Part shown: positions 7,292 to 14,271 of the stretch, piece after piece
How the letters are laid out: each line of letters begins with the position of its first letter
How positions within the stretch are numbered: position 1 is the stretch's first letter
Assembly (NCBI GenBank): GCA_029856435.1
Contig: JAHQXB010000092.1
Span: 1 to 16,424 of the forward strand
From: Candidatus Jordarchaeia archaeon
Lineage (GTDB): Archaea; Asgardarchaeota; Jordiarchaeia; Jordiarchaeales; Jordiarchaeaceae
Length of the DNA stretch: 16,424 nt
Direction: 5' to 3'
Position numbers and translations under genes: made by a program
The notes under the pieces: model-generated
The model's input: the letters and a program-made list of their open reading frames with translations, nothing else
What the model was told of the DNA's origin: nothing
The model's database searches: none

Positions 7292-8287
7292 CTATAAGGT
7301 ATTAATTTCGAAAAGCACCTTGTTGTCTTTGATGTGGGCGGTGACTTTTCCCTGTCTAATGAGTCTTTGCATGTAGCCGAGGGTGGCACCCTGAAGCATA
7401 TAGTTACTCTTGTCCACGTTATAGGATTCCGCAGTTAAATCTTCTAAGGTTACACACTTTCTTTTTTCCAAAATATCCAGGAAAATTTGTTCCCTTTTCA
7501 GCTTCCTTTCTATGTCTTCTTTTAGTTTCTTGTATGGCTCATTTATGAGGGGACCGTGGGCTGAAAGTATACATTTTAAATCTAATTTTTGTAATCTTTC
7601 CAGAGATTCAAGGTATATTGAAATGTTATCCGGTGTTTTGTTATCTGCACCTAGAATTTCGCCTATTTTTAGTGTACCCAATTCCCTCCAACCGTATCCT
7701 ACAAAGGTGGTTCCCGTTCCAATTACGTGGTCTCCTGAGAACAAAATTTTTTTATCCTCATCGTAGAGACAGATGTGTCCATTGGCGTGGCCCGGAGATT
7801 CAATTACCCTCAAATTAAATTTTTCCAAGCTTATTATTTCGTTTTCCTCAACCTTTCTTTCTACCTTTGACTCGTCGATCAACAGGTTGAAATCCATGTA
7901 CCTGTCTATCATTTCCCTTACTTTTGGCTCAAACTCTGAATAGCGCAGATTGTTTTTAATGCTTAAAATGTGCTGGTGATAGTTCTCAATTATTGCCGCA
8001 GCCTTATGTGAGGCGATAACAATGGCTTCAGATGCATTCTTTATTTTTTGGTTTCCCCCAAAGTGTTCAACGTGTTCATGAGTGTTTATTATTATTGAAA
8101 TGTCCTTCAAGCTTCTACCTATCTCCCCCAATTCTGAGGCAATCACATTCATCGACGAGGGGTCCCCCAGTCCTGTGTCAATTATTGCCGGCTCTTCGCC
8201 TTCCAAAAAATAAACGTTCAACTCAGGAGTGGCAGGGAAGGGAAGCTTCAGCGTAAACACATAAATATCTTTGAAGATCTCCTTCAT
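7292..8287 (-). CDS. MBL-fold metallo-hydrolase (glyoxalase II/LACTB2-like) with probable C-terminal winged-helix, paralogue A
   Basis: Motifs IDTG, THEHVEH, SPGHANGH, SGDH and AHG. C-terminal helix-helix-beta-hairpin pattern. GAGGTG SD upstream. Confidence 0.85.
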   Translation of the reverse strand: MKEIFKDIYVFTLKLPFPATPELNVYFLEGEEPAIIDTGLGDPSSMNVIASELGEIGRSLKDISIIINTHEHVEHFGGNQKIKNASEAIVIASHKAAAIIENYHQHILSIKNNLRYSEFEPKVREMIDRYMDFNLLIDESKVERKVEENEIISLEKFNLRVIESPGHANGHICLYDEDKKILFSGDHVIGTGTTFVGYGWRELGTLKIGEILGADNKTPDNISIYLESLERLQKLDLKCILSAHGPLINEPYKKLKEDIERKLKREQIFLDILEKRKCVTLEDLTAESYNVDKSNYMLQGATLGYMQRLIRQGKVTAHIKDNKVLFEINTL

Positions 8288-8388
8288 TCAAACTCACCTC
8301 TCTGATTACTAGAACTCTAGGAGCTTAAAGATAAGCGGAAAGTGAAGACATTTTATTGATCAAGGTTTACGATCCTTGGATTCTCTTT

Positions 8389-9375
8389 TCATTTTAGCCT
8401 GTAGTAGGTTTGGTTTTCTTTTACAATCCTCTCAATTTTTCCAAGCTCCATGAGCCTATCAATATAAGCAAGGGTTGATCCTTTAAGCAGGTAGTCGAGT
8501 TGGAACGAGCCATAGGCTTTCTGGGTTAAACCCTCTAAGGTTTCCTCACCACCTTCAAGAGCCTTCAGAATCATTTGTTCCCTCAAAAGTTTCCTATCCA
8601 TATCCTCTCTTATTTTTTTGTGAGGCTCAGTGATGATTGGGCCATGCGCTGGTAGTATTAGCTTTATGTCTAAAGGTAACAGGCGTTCAAGTGAATTGAG
8701 GTAGTGAGTCATGTTTCCATGCTCCACATTTTTAACATTCATCTTGCTTGCTACTCTGTCAATTATCATATCTGTGATGCCATAACCCACGAAGGGAGTT
8801 CCTGTGCCGAGTATGTGGTCTCCAGAGAATAGGATTCTTCTTCTCTCATCATAGAAACATATGTGACCCGGAGCGTGACCTGGGGTGTGAATGGTTTTAA
8901 GAGTGAATTTTCCGAGGTCTACAATGTCTCCTTCGCTTAATGGTTTTTCTACTTTTGTGGAGCTTATTGAGGATTGGAAGGACAGGTATCTCTCAGCCAC
9001 AGCCCTCATTTTGGGCTCTATCTCCACTTCCTTCAACGTTGTGAATAGTTCTGATACGTACCTAGAGAAGTTTTGGATAATGTTTGCGGCCTTTTTATGG
9101 GCAGAAACTTGGGCTCCAGAATTCTTTTTTATTATTTCGTCACCTGCAAAGTGTTCCACATGTTCATGGGTATTAAGTATTCTACTCACGTCACTGAGTT
9201 TAAGCCCTAAACTGCCCAGAAAATCGCAAATGGCTTGAAAAGATTTAGGATCACCTGGCCCAGTGTCGATTAATACGACTTCGTCTCCCATAATGAGGTA
9301 GAGATTCATCTCAGGCGTCCAAGTGAAAGGCAGATTGATTTTTAACCTGTAAATCCCTTCAACGATTTTTTCCAA
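8389..9375 (-). CDS. MBL-fold metallo-hydrolase (glyoxalase II/LACTB2-like) with probable C-terminal winged-helix, paralogue B
   Basis: Motifs IDTG, THEHVEH, TPGHAPGH, SGDH and AHG. Colinear with paralogue A (same residue numbering through H70-H75). TTG start after an AAGGGAG SD. Confidence 0.85.
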   Translation of the reverse strand: MEKIVEGIYRLKINLPFTWTPEMNLYLIMGDEVVLIDTGPGDPKSFQAICDFLGSLGLKLSDVSRILNTHEHVEHFAGDEIIKKNSGAQVSAHKKAANIIQNFSRYVSELFTTLKEVEIEPKMRAVAERYLSFQSSISSTKVEKPLSEGDIVDLGKFTLKTIHTPGHAPGHICFYDERRRILFSGDHILGTGTPFVGYGITDMIIDRVASKMNVKNVEHGNMTHYLNSLERLLPLDIKLILPAHGPIITEPHKKIREDMDRKLLREQMILKALEGGEETLEGLTQKAYGSFQLDYLLKGSTLAYIDRLMELGKIERIVKENQTYYRLK

Positions 9376-9392
9376 AGAAACTCCCTTCTTAA

Positions 9393-9560
9393 TTAATTAA
9401 TTTCTTGAACTCCGTTTTTGGGTTCAGTGTAAGTGGAAAATTGGCTTAGTTCCTCTCTCGCTATAAGCACCGCGCACTCTTTGCAGTACTTTTTTCCACC
9501 GATTGTGACATAGTTTCCTTCCTCTAGGATTTTTCCGCAATTAATCACTGCACACTTCAT
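9393..9560 (-). CDS. Small Cys4 zinc-finger protein (55 aa), resembling the second finger of a LIM domain
   Basis: Not in the ORF track (under 60 aa). Translation MKCAVINCGKILEEGNYVTIGGKKYCKECAVLIAREELSQFSTYTEPKNGVQEIN* has C-x4-C-x17-C-x2-C. The stop lies 17 nt before the MBL paralogue B start. Confidence 0.75.
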   Translation of the reverse strand: MKCAVINCGKILEEGNYVTIGGKKYCKECAVLIAREELSQFSTYTEPKNGVQEIN

Positions 9561-9627
9561 TCTAGCTACCAGCCAATCGTCCTTGAATCCAACAACTTTT
9601 TTGTCATTTTTAAGTGTTGCAGAGAAA

Positions 9628-9641
9628 CTTTAAACCCTTTC
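9628..9641 (-). promoter_or_regulatory. Putative BRE + TATA box for the Zn-finger/MBL transcription unit
   Basis: Minus strand reads GAAAGGG-TTTAAAG, a typical archaeal BRE-TATA arrangement. A start site would fall near 9605-9607. Confidence 0.55.
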
Positions 9642-9703
9642 TCTACTTAAAAAACCCAAAAATTCACCGAAGAATTCCCAAAGCGTTATTTAAAATGTGG
9701 CGG

Positions 9704-11224
9704 TTATGTTTCCGGGTGCAATTTAAAAGTGACAAGCAGATGCACTGATCTAGGTCCGAAGGTTGTAAGTAGATAAATGTTTTCCCTGCTGCCCAGCATC
9801 AGTTCTCCATTGCGATAGGGAACAATAATGTCTTTTTGTCCATAGGTGGTTGCCACGATGTGGTCTGGGAAATTGAAATCTGGCCTGTTTTCGGCCGCCA
9901 TGACGGTGTGGAGTTTCATATCTGGTGACTCTCTGGTCTTTTCCACAAATTCGTAGTGGAGTTGTAGGAAGTTCCCAGCCTCATTTTCATTGATAATTAG
10001 TGCGGTTGTGGTGTGTTTGGTTCTAATCTGAACCTCACCATTGCAAAATCTGGGAAAATTTCTCCTCACATTGGAAACTATCTCTTCTAAAGCCGGCTGA
10101 ATCCACAACAGTTGAGTTATGGAAAATGATTCTAATAGTAAGTCAAAGTGAAGTTCTATAGTGCTCACACCACTACCCTTCACATCAATCTCGCTAGCGG
10201 GACCAAATATTTGGGTTATGCGGTGTGGTTTGGGCACTTGCAAATTTTTCCCAAAAATTTCAGACTTTAGGGGAACATTTTTTAATTCGTACCAGCGATG
10301 AGCGTTGCGAAAACCAAGTATGCGTAGTAGGTCCCTCCAAGCTAGCGTCAGTTCCTCCGTGGCTTCCCAAAATCCTTTCACCACTTGTGAAATTTCTAGT
10401 GTGGGTGTTGCGCTCCCTATAAGAATTCGGCTGAACGAGTTTTGCACCAGCCCCGGTTGAGAAAATAATATTGAAAAAAACCTTCTGGGTGAAATACCCC
10501 CAATCGATCTTGGGTCAACCTCCACCGCGAGGTTGGGATGATATTTTAAAAGATTAAAGTATTGTAAAAGATCTGAACCTATGTCTCCGTTACTGATGAT
10601 GACCTTAAGTTTTGGGTAAGAGTAGAGGAAACGGTCTATTATTCGGGGGTCAGTTAGTCTCCTATCATTATCGGGAAGATGCATGTTTCCCGCATCAATC
10701 TTTAGTGGAAGATTGTGTGAAACGCAAATATTAACTAGCTGCTCAATTTTGGGTGTGTCCTCCGCCAAATTTAACCCAAGGTAGCTTGGGTAGACTGCTA
10801 TTCCTGCAACGGAATCATGATTAGATTCAACCTGTGAATTCAGTTCTTTAACGGAATTATTGTTAAGGGGGTTAACAGAAAGTATAGCTCTAAAAATTTG
10901 TTTATTCAATCTTGCCACTTTAAGAACCCACTCATTGGGAATTCCATAAGCCCTGTTGAGTTCCATTCCTTGGAGGAGAACGACCTCAATTCCGCTGCAC
11001 TGTAATTCCAAGGCAAATTCTCCAAGGCTAATCTTCCTATTGTAGAAGAGAGGATTTCCATCCCGGATCACATTAAAAAGGTTGCGAACAGATGGGGGTA
11101 AGGTTAAGTCTTCAAAAATGGGCCAGACAAGGCAGTCCACCATCGGAAAGTCAAAAGGATTCCTAAACTTGTCCCCAAATACTGGGCTGAAATCTGGACA
11201 GTACAATCTCTCCAACATTTTCAC
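9704..11224 (-). CDS. Fusion protein: N-terminal amidohydrolase-2-like TIM barrel lacking canonical metal ligands plus C-terminal YjbQ/UPF0047-like domain
   Basis: Residues about 26-315 follow the Amidohydro_2 layout (IPNEWV, LSVNP, GIAVYP, NLPLKIDAG, YPKLKVII, RILIGS-x-x-P, ILG-x-NA-x-R-x-Y). Residues about 355-501 have YjbQ motifs (KHTTTALIINENE-x-G, PDH, GELMLG, IY..GPR). GTG 11224 follows a GAGGA SD; ATG 11218 is an alternative start. Confidence 0.75.
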   Translation of the reverse strand: MKMLERLYCPDFSPVFGDKFRNPFDFPMVDCLVWPIFEDLTLPPSVRNLFNVIRDGNPLFYNRKISLGEFALELQCSGIEVVLLQGMELNRAYGIPNEWVLKVARLNKQIFRAILSVNPLNNNSVKELNSQVESNHDSVAGIAVYPSYLGLNLAEDTPKIEQLVNICVSHNLPLKIDAGNMHLPDNDRRLTDPRIIDRFLYSYPKLKVIISNGDIGSDLLQYFNLLKYHPNLAVEVDPRSIGGISPRRFFSILFSQPGLVQNSFSRILIGSATPTLEISQVVKGFWEATEELTLAWRDLLRILGFRNAHRWYELKNVPLKSEIFGKNLQVPKPHRITQIFGPASEIDVKGSGVSTIELHFDLLLESFSITQLLWIQPALEEIVSNVRRNFPRFCNGEVQIRTKHTTTALIINENEAGNFLQLHYEFVEKTRESPDMKLHTVMAAENRPDFNFPDHIVATTYGQKDIIVPYRNGELMLGSRENIYLLTTFGPRSVHLLVTFKLHPET

Positions 11225-11539
11225 AGCGTCCTCTTATTTTTAATTATTGAATAGTGACTTATATAACTCCACTTGATACAGGTTAATGTGCAAACCCACC
11301 TAAAAAGTTAAATATATTAAAATAGCCCATCCTTCAGACTTTTCGCATTTGGAAAGTGTGAGTTGGGCCGTTTTTCACGTGATTTTAATTAATAAAGGTA
11401 AATTATTTCTTGTTTATGTATATTTTAATAATAATATTTTTTATATTAAAAACACGGTTTTCCCATTTCGAAAGAGATATAAGCCCCCAAATTCAATTAT
11501 TTAGCATAGCAACACAATTTAGGGGATGCGGTGAGCATT

Positions 11540-11818
11540 ATGGAAAGCACAAAAACCATACGGTTCCAATCATCAAAAAATGGCACCACCCGCTGGTTAC
11601 ACATAGGAAACCTCCTCATCATGACCTTCTCCCTAGCAGGTTTAACCATTGCTTATAGCGCCATGAATTCACCAGCCGTAACCACACTAGGACTAGTATT
11701 TATAGCCTCACTTAGCCTTGAAGTTTTAAGAAACAATTATACAATGAACCCCGAGAAAAAACACACCATCGAAACACAGGAAATCAAACAAAAAACCAGC
11801 AGGAGAAAAAGAGGATAG
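11540..11818 (+). CDS. Small hypothetical membrane protein (two predicted TM helices, basic C-terminal tail)
   Basis: Hydrophobic stretches LLIMTFSLAGLTIAYSAM and LGLVFIASLSL. GGTGA SD at 11530-11534 favours ATG 11540 over GTG 11531. Confidence 0.6.
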   Translation: MESTKTIRFQSSKNGTTRWLHIGNLLIMTFSLAGLTIAYSAMNSPAVTTLGLVFIASLSLEVLRNNYTMNPEKKHTIETQEIKQKTSRRKRG

Positions 11819-11968
11819 GAATCTTTGGTACCTACTTTTATTTAAATTGAATAACAAGCCTCCCAAAGGCTACAGTACTGCTCCATTTAGAGCATAAAGG
11901 GGTTTTTACTTATTTTTGGTAAAAATTTAAATCTAGTTGAGGAGAAATACTATAAAAGCAACTGAAAG

Positions 11969-13123
11969 ATGGAGGTTAATCTTTTGCCCATTGACTTTGG
12001 ATTTACCCCCGAACAAGAAGAATTAAGAGCTTCGGTAAGGGAATGGTGCCAGAAAGAAATAGCACCCCTAGTGGACGAAATGGAAGCCAAGGAAGAATTC
12101 AACAAGGGTCTTGTGGCCAAGTTTAAAAAGAAGTTTCTAAACATGTGGATTCCCAAGGCGTATGGAGGAACAGAAGCCGACACCGTGGATATCTGCATCG
12201 TGGCTGAGGAGGTAGGCTACGTTTGCGGCTCCTGTTTAACCCTCCTAGAAGTGGGAGGCTTGGGTTGTCTACCCATTGTAATTGGTGGAACCGAAGAGCA
12301 GAAAAAGAGGTTTCTGCCACCTATAGCCAGTGGAGAGAAGTTTTATGGATTCGCTTTGACTGACGAGGGCCCAGGCTCTGACCCCGCCAATATGAAGCTG
12401 AGAGCGGAAAAAAAAGGTGACGAATACATCCTAAACGGGATGAAGCGCCTGATTAGCAACTGCGACATTTCACACAGCATACTCACATTTGCCAAAACCG
12501 ACCCCTCAAAAGGAGCAAGAGGCATCAGCGCCTTTCTGATTGATATAGGAACACCGGGATTTGTAGTTGGAAAAAGACTGTGGGGTTGGGGGATAAAGGT
12601 ACACCACACAAACGAGTTAGAGTTTCACGACTGCAGAGTCCCTGCAGACAGACTAATAGGAAAAGAGAATGAGGGATTCATATACGCTATGAAATGCCTT
12701 GACCGAACCCGGCTTGTTTTAGCTGCGGGCAACGTAGGGATAGCCAGAGCGTCCTTCGACATAGCGGTGAAATTTGCGCAGGAAAGAATAGCCTTCGGAA
12801 AACCCATATCCGAAAACCAAGCAATAAGCTTTAAACTCGCCGAGATAGCCACAGAGATCGAAGCCGCACGCCTCCTAGCCTACAAGGCAGCTTGGCTGGA
12901 CAATAAAAAAGTTCGCCACACCACAGAAACCTCAATGGCTAAATGGTACGCCTGCGAATTAGCAAGAAAATCCGCTGAAGCCGCAGTGAAAATATTGGGT
13001 GGCTATGGGTGGAGTAAGGACTACCCGGTGATGATACACTTACATGATGCTCTGGGATTCATTAACGCCCAAGGAACTACAGAAATACACAAAATGGTGA
13101 TATCCCGAGCAATATTTGATTAA
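11969..13123 (+). CDS. Acyl-CoA dehydrogenase-fold flavoprotein, non-canonical active site
   Basis: Motifs FALT..GSD, LNG-x-K, R-x-AFGKPI, NQAISFKLA, SMAK and GGYG. TTG 11984, after GGAGGT, is a plausible true start. Confidence 0.92.
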   Translation: MEVNLLPIDFGFTPEQEELRASVREWCQKEIAPLVDEMEAKEEFNKGLVAKFKKKFLNMWIPKAYGGTEADTVDICIVAEEVGYVCGSCLTLLEVGGLGCLPIVIGGTEEQKKRFLPPIASGEKFYGFALTDEGPGSDPANMKLRAEKKGDEYILNGMKRLISNCDISHSILTFAKTDPSKGARGISAFLIDIGTPGFVVGKRLWGWGIKVHHTNELEFHDCRVPADRLIGKENEGFIYAMKCLDRTRLVLAAGNVGIARASFDIAVKFAQERIAFGKPISENQAISFKLAEIATEIEAARLLAYKAAWLDNKKVRHTTETSMAKWYACELARKSAEAAVKILGGYGWSKDYPVMIHLHDALGFINAQGTTEIHKMVISRAIFD

Positions 13124-13326
13124 ATTCCCAATTTCGCCCCATTTTATTTTATCAGTAACCAAATAAGAAGCCACAAACTGTTTACGGAGATTCTTTGGGC
13201 TGAGTGTCTATAACTCCTGCATATTGGGACCGATTCTGTATCGTCACCCTGCTGAGACTAAGAATTGGCTTTCCCATCCGGATTTTGTTAGTTGCAGTTT
13301 TATGAGCTTGAATTTCCTAAAAGGTT

Positions 13327-14142
13327 TCAAATATTGAATAGAATTTGTAGTGCCACTGTGTAGAAACCGGCTTTTCCAAATGCTTTCCTCGCGGAAACAT
13401 TAGCGTGGGTGGTAAAGGAAATGGGGTGGTAGCCCATACTTTCCAGGTAGTCTGCAAGTTTTGATATCATGTAGGAACCGTAGCCCCTCCTCCGGAAACT
13501 TTTATGGATTATGGGTATTATTGTGGCGTAATTCTGGTATCTTGATTTTTTCCAATACGCTACTCCTACTACAATGTTTTCGCGAATCAAAATCCAGTAG
13601 GTGTCTTCACCAACCTCGAATTTTATGTGTTGATAATCCTCTGTTTGGGCTGTTTCTGCTTCAAGTTCTTCATTTAGAAGGATTTGAAGTGCATCCTCCA
13701 ACATATCTTTTGAAATTTTTGTAAATGTTAACTTTTCTTTTTGCTCTAAGGGCACACTTTTCTCCCTTATTAAAATGGAGCCTGCTACTTCGAAGGGATA
13801 ACCTTTCTCAAGGAGAAAAGATAGGAGATATGTGTCATCACTGCGTACATAAAACCTTTTTGGTGCAAACTGCTTGATTAGAAGGTTAAAAACTTCATCA
13901 ATTATACCTCTGTATTCCCCCTTAATGTAAAACTCTATTACACTTTTCCCATACCATGGTACAGGGAATTTTTCTAGGTAGATCCAGTAGGCTACTATCT
14001 CATTTTTCAGACATAAACCCCAGCAAGTGCCACTCTTAACTGCTAAATCAAAAAAATCCGTGATAAGAGGTAACTTTAACTCATTAAGCCAAGCTTCTCT
14101 TAATGGCTCAATAGTAGCCAATTCAAGTCGCTTTAGCTCCAA
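13327..14142 (-). CDS. GNAT-family N-acetyltransferase, probably tandem (degenerate N-terminal plus intact C-terminal GNAT)
   Basis: C-terminal motif A 'IHKSFRRRGYGS' and 'N-x-SARKAFGKAGF'. N-terminal remnant 'FYIKGEYRG'. GGAGGGTGA SD before TTG. Confidence 0.8.
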   Translation of the reverse strand: MELKRLELATIEPLREAWLNELKLPLITDFFDLAVKSGTCWGLCLKNEIVAYWIYLEKFPVPWYGKSVIEFYIKGEYRGIIDEVFNLLIKQFAPKRFYVRSDDTYLLSFLLEKGYPFEVAGSILIREKSVPLEQKEKLTFTKISKDMLEDALQILLNEELEAETAQTEDYQHIKFEVGEDTYWILIRENIVVGVAYWKKSRYQNYATIIPIIHKSFRRRGYGSYMISKLADYLESMGYHPISFTTHANVSARKAFGKAGFYTVALQILFNI

Positions 14143-14271
14143 GAATCACCCTCCAACATCGACAGTAGTAAATTTTCCACCATTGCCTTTATATGTTTTT
14201 ACAGAAACCCTTAATTAGATTAGGTCCAAATCGAAGTCTTGAATAGTGTATGACTTCTGGAGGGTATATTT

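Noticed and set aside
13124-13326. Short minus-strand ORF (MGKPILSLSR.., 31 aa) between the ACAD and GNAT genes
   Set aside because: Too short, with no SD or motif. It could be decayed coding DNA but is unsupported.
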